From Selaginella moellendorffii (taxonomy: Eukaryota; Plantae; Lycopodiophyta): a DNA stretch of 64,000 bases. The DNA is taken from assembly GCF_000143415.4 (NCBI RefSeq), contig NW_003314299.1:1409502-1473501 (forward strand), read 5' to 3'. The notes beneath the pieces are model-generated. The model made no database searches and was not told where the DNA came from. It worked only from the letters and a program-made list of their open reading frames with translations. This document shows positions 48,740-61,714 of the stretch, piece by piece. The position numbers and the translations under genes are program-made. Each line of letters starts with the position of its first letter. Within the stretch, counting starts at the first letter, position 1.

Positions 48740-49500
48740 AGTCGTGCACTTGCCAAATGTGACGAATTTCCAAAACATGCTACTATTCCTTAATTCCTTC
48801 TAGAAACTATCAAGGCTTATGAACTTTGAAACAAATGGTCACTGGCAGAATACACAAGCTACCTGTTGGACGATGAAGTTTTCTAGAAGTGCACTCCAGG
48901 ATGGTTATAGTCATGAAGTTCCATGAGAATTCTTTCCTTCTCGGAGGAAAAATGGGCCTTCCAGCTGAAACTTTAGTGCCCTCTCGGCATTCTTGAGACT
49001 CTTATTCGAGAAATCCTGCTCGGAGCCAAGCCTCAGGTCGATTAGACAGCTCTGCGATCCTGTCTGCCCTCCCAGAACTCCGCTACTCAACTCGACTATC
49101 TCAATTTTCCATGGATTTTCGTCACTTGCTGCCACTCAATGATCCGAAGATCTCTAGCGAACGCGCGCATACGCTGCTGGGCTGCTCTATGGTTGCAACG
49201 CCCCCAACTTGCCGGGGATTGGGAGCCAAGGTGGCGGCCATGGTGGTGAGCCAGCAGGCGGTGCGGCTGAGACACGAGGACCAGCTCGCCATGGAGTTTG
49301 CGCTCCAGCAACAGCAGCAACAAGCATCGCTGCCGGAGCTCACGTCAGGAATGGTGATCTTGAGTCTGGAACTAGCGCCAATTTGTAGCATTCTCTCATT
49401 CAATGAGTAAATCTTTATCTCGAGGAAGAGTTCCATCCAAGAATATGGATAGCAATCAGGGAAGAAAATGCAAAGCACTGGAGAATAATAATACATGCTT
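48740..49500. pseudogene. Partial, partly inverted duplicate of the pfkB gene 3' end and flank
   Basis: 48740-49140 is colinear with 49965-50290; 49160-49410 is the reverse complement of 50440-50700; 49445-49500 resembles pfkB intron 1. Confidence 0.8.
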
Positions 49501-49654
49501 TTTGGGTTAATATGTTATGGCATCACTTCCAATCACCAGCTTGGTCATCTTGATAACTTGAGCTTTTTGCAGTCAAGAATTTCACAAAGAGGTGTAAGAA
49601 AAAAAATATGCGCGAGAGAGATGATTACAACAATAAAATTCATTCATATCACTA

Positions 49655-49910
49655 TTTAATCTGAAGAAGTCAACACAATCACACATTTCAGCAGTACTAC
49701 GTTTGCTTTCCAATCATTATCTCTCCAGTTCATGAGATTGTGAGCATCGCTTCCTGAGCAAGAGTAAGATTGGAAGGCCGTAACACTTTAGCTATAGGGA
49801 CGGCCATTTTCCCAGAGTCTTTGTGTTGTCGTCATAAGAAGGATATTTGCAAGACCTGATGAAGCCACCCGAACAGAAGGAAAAAAAAATGAAAAGAGAA
49901 GAAAGTAATC
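49655..49910 (-). pseudogene. CVNH-like remnant, copy 2
   Basis: FIFFSFCSGGFIRSCKYPSYDDNTKTL is homologous to copy 1; frameshifted. Confidence 0.4.
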
Positions 49911-50449
49911 TTGACTGTCTTATATACTAGGATTGGAGTGGATCGAAGTTTACCAGCCATTAGATTGTGCACGCCAAATGTGATGAATCTCCAAAAGCTC
50001 CATTCCACGTATGATATAGACTTTTAATAAACCATCAAAGCTAGCTTCTTGGCTTGTTCTCTGCACTTAGAAACAAATGGTCAGTCAAAATCCCTGCTTC
50101 GCGCTAAAGGATCCACTGTTACACGGCAGAGCTTTCGAAAGCAAGACGGCAAATAGTCATAAAGCTTATTTTCGTAGGAAAACGCCAAGCCTCAAATCGA
50201 TTAGACAGCTATGCTGCGCGATTGTAGTCATGCTTCTGCAAAGCAACCATCTCGATTTTCCATGGATCTTCGTCACTGGCTGCCACTTCTATTCCGAAAG
50301 AAGCAGCTGCTTGCTTGGCAGCTTTCAACCAGCCTGGACTTGCTAAACTGCTGGTTTCATCGCAATTGAAACCTAGCTGGGCTGAGTAGCATCCTTGGCG
50401 AGCTGGATCAAAAGAGAGGTCAGCTCTCAAAGACTTACTCAATGAGTTG

Positions 50450-52172
50450 CTAAAAATTGGCGCCAGTTCCGGACTCAAGATCACCATTCCTGACCTTGAG
50501 CTCCGGCGGCGATGCTTGCTGCTGCTGTTGCTGGAGCGCAAACTCCATGGCGAGCTGGTTCGCGTCCTCGTGCCTCAGCCGTGCTCCCTGCTGGCTCACC
50601 ACCATTGCCGCCACCTTGGCCGCCAAGCTCCCAATCCCCCGCAAGTTGGGGGCGTTGCACAGCAGCCCATAGAGCAGCCCGGCAGCGTACGCGTCCCCGG
50701 CACCGCAAGTGTCCACAGGCTTGCAGCGTCGCGATGGAGGGACGTAGACGACCGAGCCCGCCAGAGCGATGTACGATCCTCTCGCGCCGTCGGTCACCGA
50801 CACGAGCTTGCAGTAGCGGCTGAGGTGCTGCGCGGCAAAGCTCGGACTCGTGCTCGATCCAAATCCACACAGAGCTCGGGCCTCGCCGCTGTTTGCAAAG
50901 AGGACGTCGGCACTGGATTCCATCACGTCCCTGGGGAGAAGGAAACAAGCTCTCGGTGAGAAAGAGAGGAAAAGAGTGATTCTTTTGTGTACCAGAATTG
51001 ATCGCGATGACGAGATATGCACGAGACGTCGCTGGCAGTGAGGGCGACGAGAACGTTGGCCTTGCGAGCCTCCTGGCAAGCTCGAGAGAGAGCCTGGATT
51101 GTTTGGGGGATCTCCCAGAGGTAGCCTTCCACCACCAGGAGCCTCGAGGCGGAGAGAGCTTTGGCGAGGACTTGGTCGTACTCAATCACCGAGGACATGC
51201 CCTGTGGTTTCAAGGATCTAACAACAAAAAAAACATGGTTCTTTGTTTTTTCACCTGGTAGGAAAGCATAGTTCGCTGGGCATCCGGTGTTGTGAGAACG
51301 ATCACTGTTCCAGTCGTGCCCCTGACCATCGGGGATGATAGAAAGTGTACGTTGGCACGTAAGAGCTTTGTTCTGACGAAGAAAACCCACACAACAGTGA
51401 GTGAGAGATAAAAATCGAGCACGAAGAACTTACCTGTAAAAATCGCCTAATGGATCTTTGCCGACGCTACCAGTCATGGCTACGTTGATCCTTCCCATCC
51501 CGAGCCTCGCTAATGCGACGAGTGTGTTCGAGAGAGAGCCTCCAGCCGAGACTTTGTAGCTCCGGCCGTCGAGAGCCTGTAGAACCTTGCCTCGTTGCTC
51601 GTGGTCGATAACGGTTCTCACTCCTTTCTCTAGTTGCAGCCTCTCGAGAGCGTCATTGCCAACCATAGCAGAGCAATCCACCTACATAGAAAAAAAGAGA
51701 ACATGAGAAAAAGGATAACAATAGCAAGAATTCTATGAAGTGTATAGAAAACTACGCGAATGGATAGCAATCACAGGGAAGAGAATGCGTACGCCAATGG
51801 ATAGGGAAGAAAAGGTGTAGCACTGGAGAAAAGAAGCATTGGGAACTTCAAGAAAGAAACAAACCAAGCATGCTTAAACCCTAGCAAAACCCTGGCAATG
51901 CCGCTTACCATAGCTTGTCCCAATCCCACCACGTCCCATTGCGATGGCACCGCCGTCTCTGGAACTCCATACGGCTGATCGCCATCCTCCGCGCCGCCGC
52001 TACGGCACAATCCGCCCATTCTCGACCGCCGCAGGCTCAACCCCAAATCTTTGCGCTGCTTACATTGCCACCGCCTCCAGCCAAACAGCGATTGCCTCCT
52101 TGATGGCAATGGCGACGACGAATTCCCTGCTGCGGCCAAGCAGCTAGGATTGCTCTCGCACGCCACCGCCAT
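50450..52172 (-). CDS. NARA5: Plastid pfkB-family carbohydrate/nucleoside kinase (NARA5-like)
   Basis: Transit peptide; WDVVGLGQAMVD; AGGSLSNTLVALARLG; TTPDAQRTML; VEGYLWE; DTCGAGDAYAAG signature. Confidence 0.85.
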
Positions 52173-52507
52173 TCTTTCCCCTCCCTTTAAAGCCTATCCT
52201 CCATCGCAGTCCCTTTGAAAACCTAAAGCCCTTGCAGCGCGAAGTAAAGGCAATCTTCTCCAAGAACACAAACACCAGCTTATCCGCGTGGCAGGCCGTT
52301 TGGAATTCCGCCAATGACATGGACGGGAAACGTCCACGTCGCCAGCCCTAATTAAAGTGCCCTAGATTCATCGAATCTTTTAAATTTAAACCTTTTCGCG
52401 GCAAATCGTGTTGTAGTAATCAATTCTATCTTTTTCGCGTATGGAAACGACTAGGACGATTCGTGACCGAGCGCGATCGATCGATCTATTCACATAGTTC
52501 TCTCTTA

Positions 52508-53757
52508 TCACTTGAAGAACTGGTAGAGGAAATCGAGGAATCCCGTTCCTCGCAAGAACCCTTTGCCAGTGACGAGCTCGAAAACTAGCAGCACCGAGAA
52601 GCCCATCATCGCCGCCCTGCCGTTTGTGATCTCGTTCTCCGGCGTGAATCCAAACACCCGCTTGTTTTCGTCCTCCACCACCATACGAACCTGTGGAAGA
52701 AAAGAGAGATTTCTTTTCGCCTTGGAACTTTGGAATCGAGAAAGGCTTACTTCTTCGATGTTAACATCCGAGGCTGTTCTTCCCGCGAATGTCTGTCCGC
52801 TGAAAACGATCTCGGCGGATTTCTTGTCCTCTGCCTGCTGTTGTGTGTTGATACAGATGTAGTCGCCGTCGATCTTGACGGGGTATGTGACGAGGTTTCT
52901 AGTCGGTTGGATCAGGAGCTTCATCACTGGATTCGTGGGGTACCAGTCTTTGATCTCTCCAGTCTGGAGGCTAAACGTTGATGAAGTGGAGGGACAAACA
53001 ATGCAGCCATCCTGGAACAGAGTAGCACAAGGAAGAACAAAGTTTAGAGCGACCTTTCAAGGCAAAGTCGATGTTTCTCTCTTGCAATCGTGCATGATAA
53101 AAGCTTTGCACTCTCGTAGCCTTGAAAACGTTTTTTTTTTTCTCCTCACGATGATCTGACTAGAAATTCTAGAACAAGTTACTTACATCGACAATGCAGT
53201 GCATCACTTTCTCTTCTCTCTCTCTCTCTCTCGATCATCCCTGAAAGATAACTCTTTGACTAATTTCTATGCTATGATCGATGCAAATGGAACGCAAGGA
53301 AGCCTCGCTCGCTATCTAGAATGCTTTCCACCAATGCATAGATACTTACTGGTGTGAGCTTCGCATTGATCAATCCCTCGCTATACGCGCCCTCCGCCGG
53401 CGATTTGTTCTCCACAGCGTACACATCGTTCTTGTACCACAGCAGCAAGATCGTCTCATTCTCCTGCCTCACAAGCCTCCTCTCTCCTCTCGGCAGAGTC
53501 GCGAATGGAACCACCGGTATCCAGCTCCCAGCATCCCCATCTTCTTCCTCCTCGGACGAATCGGGCGTTGTCGCGGTCGTAATCTCGCTGCTGCTGCTAC
53601 ATTTCAAGAATCCAGCCCTCAATCCACCGCATTTGCCACCGATTTGCTGCCACAGAGCTGCTCTCGATGCGCAAAATCGGCCCGCGCCGCCGCAAGAGAG
53701 TGGAGGCGTCCGGGAGAGATTGGGAAGAGGATTCAGACCTATCGCAGCGGTCGCCAT
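52508..53757 (-). CDS. PSB33: PSB33/LIL8 (Rieske-like domain plus LHC-like TM helix)
   Basis: WIPVVP..LPRGERR..ILLLWYKNDVYAVENKSPAEGAYSEGL; FGFTPENEITNGRAAMMGF..ELVTGKG. Confidence 0.92.
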
Positions 53758-53870
53758 AGCCTAGCTCATCAAACGCGCGCCACAAAGTATATGGCGTGAC
53801 GTGGCCCATCTTAGCTAGGGTTTTGGTTTAGGGTTTATGCAAATTCGTTTGCGCGGAAACGATCGATTCC
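53758..53870. promoter_or_regulatory. Compact bidirectional promoter (PSB33 / CPSF73-II)
   Basis: 113 bp spacer; TGACGTGG, GGCCCA site II, two TAGGGTTT telo-boxes. Confidence 0.6.
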
Positions 53871-56651
53871 ATGACGATCAAGTGCGTTCCCCTCGGTAAG
53901 CGATCGAATGCGGCATAGCTCGGACTCGCTGCTAGATTTTTTATCTCCTTTGGTGGATTTCTTCATGGATTTTGATCCAGGAGCCGGCCAGGATGTGGGC
54001 AAGAGCTGTGTAATTGTGTCCATGGGAGGAAAGAAGATAATGTTCGATTGCGGGATGCATATGGGATATCAAGACGAGCGGCGCTTCCCAGATTTCTCGC
54101 AGATCTCCAAAACCGGGGATTTTACTCACGAAATTGATTGCGTCATCGTCACACACTTGTAAGTAGTTTTCTTTCTTTTTTTTTTTTTTTTGGTTCTTGT
54201 GGATACGCTCAATGTTTGTGATCACAGCCATTTGGATCATGTTGGAGCTCTACCATATTTTACTGAAGTTTGTGGTTACGAAGGACCTGTGTATATGACT
54301 GTAAGTTGTGTTTGTCCTGTTGAAGGATTCTCTCTATTTCTATTCTGCAGTATCCAACAAAAGCTTTGGCTCCGATCATGCTGGAAGACTATCGCAAAAT
54401 TATGGTTGATAGAAGAGGGGAAGAAGAACAGTTCTCGACGCTTCACATTCAGCAATGCATGAAGAAAGGTATTCATTCTTGTGTAGTTTCAACACAGTTG
54501 GTTTTGCTAATGCGTGCTCGAACTATAGTCATTGCTGTGGACTTGAGGCAAACGATTCGAGTTAGCAAGGATCTAGCGTTCCGCGCTTACTACGCTGGAC
54601 ATGTAAGCCCGCTAAACTTTTAGAAATTAGAAAAAGAAGAAAATCTTTCTTACATTTGCTTGCAGGTTCTTGGAGCTGCTATGTTTTATGTGAAGGCCGG
54701 AAACAGTACAGTTGTTTATACGGGTGACTATAACATGACTCCGGATCGTCATCTTGGAGCGGCTCAGATAGACCGATTGAAGCCGGATTTACTGATCACC
54801 GAGTATGGCAATCGAGTTCTCTTTCACGCTTCTCATTTTGATCTGCAGATCGACTTATGCTACAACTATTCGTGAATCGAGGCTGGCTAAAGAAGCAGAG
54901 TTTCTCAATGTGGTATGTGAAAGAGGCTCATTTTTTTCAGCATTTATACAGCATTTGTCGATAGTAGGTACATACCTGTGTCAGCAAAGGTGGAAAAGTG
55001 CTCATACCAATTTCGGCCCTCGGCAGAGCTCAGGTATTTTATGATTTATTTCAGACAGTATCATATCGTTGGTTTCAGGAGCTGTGCATACTTCTGGACG
55101 AGTACTGGGAACGCATGAATCTTAAAGTTCCCATCTACTTTTCTGCCGGTACGATTTTTCTTTTGCATTAATTTCGTGTGCCATTCTTGGTATCACTCTT
55201 AGGATTGACGATGCAGAGTAACGCGTACTATAAACTCCTGATAAGCTGGACAAATCAGAGAATTAAAGACACTTACGTGACTCGTAATGCTTTTGACTTC
55301 AAGCATGGTAAGAAGGACCTTCAAGTTCTTCGTGCTCGTTTTCTAACATCAAACTTAACAGTTTTTCCATTTGATCGGACGCAACTGGATGGCAACGGAC
55401 CGTGTATACTTTTCGCTACGCCCGGGATGCTCACAGGCGGACTGTCCTTGGAAGTTCTAAAACACTGGGCTCCTGTAGAGCAGAATCTTCTCATCATACC
55501 CGGGTCTGGTTTTGCTTTTTGAATAGTTTTTTTATTTTTGTTGGTGCGCTTAAAGGTGATGGACCAGGTTTTGTCTCGCGGGAACTGTGGCACAAAAGTT
55601 ATGTTCCGGAAAGCCCACGCGGGTAGAAGTGGACAAGCGAACGACAATAGATGTTCGATGCCAGGTTAGAATATCTTAATTTCTCTTTAAGAAATAGAGC
55701 ACTAACTTGTGTTTGACGCAGATACATTTGCTCGCTTTTAGTGCTCATACGGACGCTAAAGGCATCATGGATCTTGTGAGACAAGTCGAGCCTCGCAACG
55801 TCATCCTCGTCCATGGGGAGAAACTCAAGATGGATGTTTTGAAGGCTCGGATCAACAATGAGCTCGGGATGCCGTGCCACAATCCCGCCAACCACGATGT
55901 CGTCGAGGTACCTTCGCACTGTCTCTTCAACGTCGAAGCCTCCAAAGAGCTCGTGTCTTTAAGCATGAGTTCGTACTACAGCAGCACACACTCGGCAATG
56001 GAAGACTCCGTGACTTCGGACAGATGCAAGCCGGGGATTCCTGTGGAAGGAATTGTGCTTACTACAAACTCATCCAAGATCAAACTGGTACATCCTTTCG
56101 AAGTTCCATCAGTTCTGGGTGAGCCGAAGCACGACATATCCTTTAGCAGTGAGGTGGAGATCATCTTGGAGGAGGAGGAAAGCGAAGCCGCAGGACAGCA
56201 ATCCCACGATGCAGCGACAGAACCATCCAGCAAGAGAGTCCGGAAGGACTTGAAAAGGACTTTAAGCCTCGACTTGGAGCGTTTGCCGGAAGAAGCAGAG
56301 ACCGAGGCCGAGCATCCCAAGGACCAAAAGTTCTTACTCGACATCAACGAAGTCCCGGTAGCAGGCTCGCCGGAGGAATCACAGCAGGTTTTCACTCCTA
56401 CTAGCGAAGAACTCTCGAAGCTCATGACCAGCGTCTACTCGGAAGCTGTAAGCTGGATCAAAGAGCTCACTCTGGAGGACAACTGCGTGAGGTGTCGCAG
56501 CCTGGAGGTCTCTTTTCTCTGCGGGAAGCTCTGCAAAGAAGATGGCGCTGTGAAACGCAAGGCCAGCTTGGAGTGTAGATGGAAGTACGAGGAAAATGGT
56601 CTGGCGAACAGGATGCTGGGCATTCTCCGAAACTTTGCGGTACAAATCTGA
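53871..56651 (+). CDS. CPSF73-II: CPSF73-II / Integrator subunit 11 (beta-CASP nuclease), multi-exon
   Basis: [66 protein letters not shown]. Confidence 0.95.
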
Positions 56652-57566
56652 GCGATCCAAGGTGATCTTTCACTCTTGTGTGACTTAACTTTGTTTCTTT
56701 TCCTTTACCAAGTGACTATCTTAGAGTTTTGGCGAGACCATTTTGATATCACTGCAAGTTAAAGAGGTCTTTGGAAAGCTTGGAGGTAACAAAGAACTTA
56801 ATTTGTGTGAAAGCTCTATGGAATCTAACGTTAGCTCTTCGTCCCTCCATCAGTGCTTAAACAAGCTTATCAGGTTATGGGCCGACATCAGATGTAACAA
56901 GAGTTCGTTAACACGTCCTCCATCCAAGCGCCAAAAGAAACCATGGAATAATCTTCGATAAGTGGAGCACATGGGTGATAATATTAATTATACGTTAGTC
57001 TAATCACAGCTTTAGCAATTTTAAATCTCCCTCCACTTGGTTAGAACCCTAGCTGGCAGGGAACAGGGCGATGGTGCGCTTCCACGAGCCGCCGCTTGGC
57101 GCTTTGATCCTCCCCACGGTAAGAATCGCGTGCCAGATCGCTGTCGCGAGGGATAGTTTAGTGGAGCGCCTGCGCTCTTGCGAGAGATCTGGCATTTTTT
57201 TATCATGGATTTCGTTCTATGATGCGGGCTTCTTTGCGAGATTTGCTCTGTCCTGGCCTTGCAAGTGGATGATATATGCATCGATTGCGTGATCCTTGCG
57301 ATTCTTGCTATGCCTGAATGCTGATTGAGCTTCGCGTCTGTGTCATTGACCCTGGAAGAGGCGCGAAGCTTTTTCACTGGGAAAATTCTTTCTTATTGTG
57401 TTGCTGTGTGTACAGTCCTTACAGCTGCTGGTACGAGTGACAAGCAAGGAAAGGAACGTCGTGGTGGTCTTTCTTTTCGAGGAGGAAGCTGAGCTCCAGT
57501 TTCCTGTGAAGGACTCTCTCGCGCGAGCTCGCAAATCGAGACTAGTATATTGGATCTCCGGCAAGG

Positions 57567-60500
57567 ATGGACGAGCGTCTCCAAGTGGTGGTGGACAAGG
57601 CTCAAGTGGCTGATCACGACGAAAACGACGATAAGGAAGAGTGCTCCAAGTGCTCCAGGTGCATGAAGAGAGCCAGGCTGAGGAAATGGAGGCCGGGGAT
57701 TTTCAGGAGAGCCAGAGTGGAGCGCAACCCGCTCGTGGCTCTCGAGAAATGCCGATCGAGTTACTATGGAGTTTTTGGAGCTCGAATTGCGATCATGGTC
57801 AGTAAGTAGAGTGCCAGTGACTGTATCAGTTTGGTGTTTGACGCGTCCTTCTTTTGCAGTTGATGCTCGCAATTCTGATCGGCTTGATCACCATCTTGAC
57901 CTGGCACTTCACAACAGCTTACGCTACGAAGTCCATCAAGAGCCTGGCTTACAGCTTGCGGGTGGAGCTGCTAAAGAGGACCATATCCAGATCATGGAAC
58001 TTGATAAGCACGACTCTGGACGCTACCACTACACTGGCGAATTTGTCCGACTATATGATCCCGAAACATTTCTCCTCAAGTGTTCCTGCTACACCAAATG
58101 GTTCTCATCCGTCCCACCAGGTAAAACAGTTTTCATTTCGTGCTACAGTCTTATGGACTTACGCACAGCCGCAGCACTTGGTGATGAGAAACATTACATG
58201 GGCGGTGTTCTCGAGTCGCCAGTCGCTGAAGACGCTGAGCGTTCTGTATTCAAACGGACAGCTACTGGCGTTTGACCGGAATCCTGTGAACAACAAAACT
58301 TACTACTTGTTCTCCAACAACTCAGCCGCTTCCACTTTGGGTACAGAGTTTCTCGAATTTGTTGAGTCCTCGACACCAGGTCAGTGGTACAAAGAAGAGC
58401 TGAATCCTTCTACTGGTCAGCCCATAGATTCGGCAGTTTCCATACCTTCGGTGAACTTCAGTGACTACACTGGAAACGTATCTACCCTCAAGACCGGCGA
58501 AACGTTCTGGCACGTAGCAGTCGGCTCGACGGACAACGAGTGCCTCTTGTCATCGGCGGCCGATGTGAGACATCCAGTTACAAACGAACTGATGGCAACA
58601 GTGGTCGTAACTTCAGCACTTTCGGGGATCAGCAACCTGATGAAGGACCTTGCAAGGAACTACAGTGGATCTTTCTACCTTACTTCCTACGATGGTCTGC
58701 TACTTGCGTCATCCAGCAACCATTCTCTTGTGAGGGTGTTATCTCATGGGCCAAAGTTGACACCAGCAGTGGACGCGCAAGATTCCGTCATCAGAGATGG
58801 TGCAAGGTGGCTGCGAGAGTATCACACCGATAGCATTCTTGCACAGAAGGAGGTTCATGCCGAAGACGTCGTCCTCGGAGGGAAAAAATTTTATATCGAC
58901 TCCTTCTATTGGAATTTAACTGGACTGCCTTTGGTAAGCAACTGGTTATCTAAGCTCCTCCATTCTCAAACTTTTACATTACAGATCGGAGTAATATTAC
59001 TGCCACGATCCTACGTTTTGGGAGATGTCGATGACAGGGGCCGCACCACGCTCATAATCCTTGTCTCGGTGGCGATAAGCATCCTCGTTGTAGGATGCTT
59101 GTTGATACTTATTTTCACAAGCGGAGTATCCACCGAGATGAAGCTTCGTTCCGAGCTTATAAAACACCTTCATGCTAGGCAGCGCGCAGAAGCATCTAGC
59201 AATTACAAAAGTCAGTTCCTTGCTAATATGAGGTACGCTCTATCTACATGTTCGATAAATCTTTGTTGACACTTTTTTTTATTTTAGCCACGAACTCCGA
59301 ACACCAATGGCTGCTGTTATTGGTCTTTTGGATATACTGCTTACAGATGCATGCCTCACAGTGGAGCAAATTGCTATCGTCTCTCAGATCAGGCACTGCT
59401 CAACAGCATTGCTACGCCTCCTTAATAATATTCTGGACTTGAGTAAGGTAGCTTTCAGTTTTGGCGCTTCAAGAATCGGCATTGAATCTGTTTTTGACAG
59501 GTGGAATCAGGAAAGTTAGTTCTTGAAAAGGTCGACTTTAACATTCGTCATGAACTTGAAGCTGTGATTGACATGTTTTCTGTGCAATGCGTTGACATTG
59601 ATATCGTTCTCGACCTCGCAGGTAAACGTTGTCTGTGCAGTCTTCGCTTGTATATTAATCTTGTTGGTTTTTTAGATAACGTTCCCCAGATGGTTCGTGG
59701 GGACTTAACAAGGACAGTTCAGATTTTTGCGAATTTGATTGGCAACTCAATCAAGTTCACTTCATGTACTTAGTGAGCCAGCCAAGATTTACTGTGATGT
59801 TCTCAAAAATCTTTTCGTGCTGCAGCTGGGTATATTACAATACGTGGCTGGGCAGAACCATTTGTATCACGATACGAGCCGTTGGAAGCGTCAGGAGGTC
59901 ACATTGAGAAATTCCTTTTGTGGTTTGAAGTTGATGATTCTGGATGTGGTAAGTTTGTTCCCATGACCATATTTTCTCCATAACAATTATTTGAGCAGGA
60001 ATTGATCCAAGCAAATGGGAGACAGTGTTCGATAGTTTCGTCCAAGCAGATACTTCAACAAGTCGAACGTATAACAGACTTTCTTTACATTTTACGACAC
60101 TGATAATGTTTGTGTTTCGTATTTCAGACATGGAGGAACCGGCCTTGGCCTTTGCATCGTCCGTTCTTTGGTTTGTATATCGTTTAAGAGCCTCTTTTCC
60201 TGATTTAGTAGCAAACAGGTTAGCAAAATGGGAGGAGAGATAAAGGTCGTGAAGAAGGAAGAGCCAGGAACTTTGATGCGGTTCTATCTTATGTACGACT
60301 CTCCATTCGAAGTATCCACTCCAGATAACACCACGCATTTGGCTCAATCGCCTTCTTTTCCTGTTGACATGAACCAATTCAAGGTAACTCAATCCTGACA
60401 ACCAGAACATTGTCGTCGACAGGTTTACTTGTTACACAGGTTCTTATTGGAATGAAAGGAATGAAGCTGAGGTCTTTCCTGACTGACTGGGTCGCCGAAC

Positions 60501-61714
60501 AGAGACTCGACGTTAGCAGCACTGAAGATTGGAACAGCCTTATCGAGCATATGGACAAGGAACTTCCAGATAGCGAAAGCAGCAAAAAGTTATTGGTCGT
60601 CCTGGACACGAGGCTACTGCCAGCGAATCTCGAGGCCCTTACGGATCACCTCAACGCGCTAAACAACTTCAGCAAACGAGGTGCTCTGGTATCCTGGGTG
60701 TTGAATCATGACACACCAGCATCAGTGAAGATGAGGATACGTGACAAAGGATACTCCATCATGGCCAACAAGCCTCTCTACAAGTCCAAGCTTTTCATGC
60801 TGCTCAAGTCGCTGGTAGGAACTCTACCAGACAGCTTCTGCTTCATTCCCGGGCTCCAGTGGAAAGATGGCATCCTTGGCCTCAGAAACACTAGCGTGGA
60901 TTATGCACAGGACACTATTTGGTACGGCAAAGAGCCCCCGAAGGCACTGGAGAGATTGTCGAAAAGAATGGACCTCATCCTTGGAGAAGTTGCGAGTCAC
61001 GTATCTCAAAAGACACACTGTGGAGACGACGAGGACGGGTTTAGCAGCACCAGAGGCTCGCAGGACATCAGCCACAGAGCGATGGAGCTCAAGGAATACA
61101 CAGACGAGGAAGGAAAAGAAGTGGAATTGGCAGCAAAGATCCAGCCAGCTCCGTGTGTTTCGTCAAAAATACCGCCAGTAGCTCCCAAAACTCCGGCCAC
61201 TGTGGAACAGACCGTCAAGCCTCGGGCCTCGCTGACGGGAATACACATACTCCTCGCGGAAGACACGCCGGTGATCCAAAAGGTGGCAGTGGTTCTTCTC
61301 AAGAAACTTGGAGCTACTGTGGTTGCCGTGGCCGATGGACAGGCCGCAGTGGAGGCTTGGAAGGGGAGCTTGAAAGATCATGCGGTAGTAGACGAAGAGC
61401 GCAAGCCATTCGATCTCATTCTCATGGACTGCCAGGTATGGAGCTAGATCTTTCTCGTTCTCGCTGATCCTTGAGAAAACTTTTGGTTCCAGATGCCGAG
61501 AATGGATGGATATGGTGCCACTAGAGAAATCCGCAAAGCCGAGGAGGGCAGTGGCAGCCATGTCCCAATAGTGGCGCTCACTGCTCATGCGATGTCCTCG
61601 GACGAAGAGAGGTGTTTGGAGGTGGGCATGGACGCGTACCTCACCAAGCCCATAGATTGTAAGCTCATGGCCACCACCATTTTATCATTGACAAAGAAGA
61701 TTGTATGGACCTAG
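57567..61714 (+). CDS. AHK1: Hybrid histidine kinase AHK1/ATHK1-like
   Basis: [22 protein letters not shown]; two TM helices; [23 protein letters not shown] (H-box); N/G boxes; receiver [19 protein letters not shown]. Confidence 0.93.

Noticed and set aside
7712-61714. Hormone-signalling gene cluster (LAX, GID1, CXE, AHK1)
   Set aside because: The genes are dispersed among unrelated housekeeping genes, as expected by chance in a gene-dense genome
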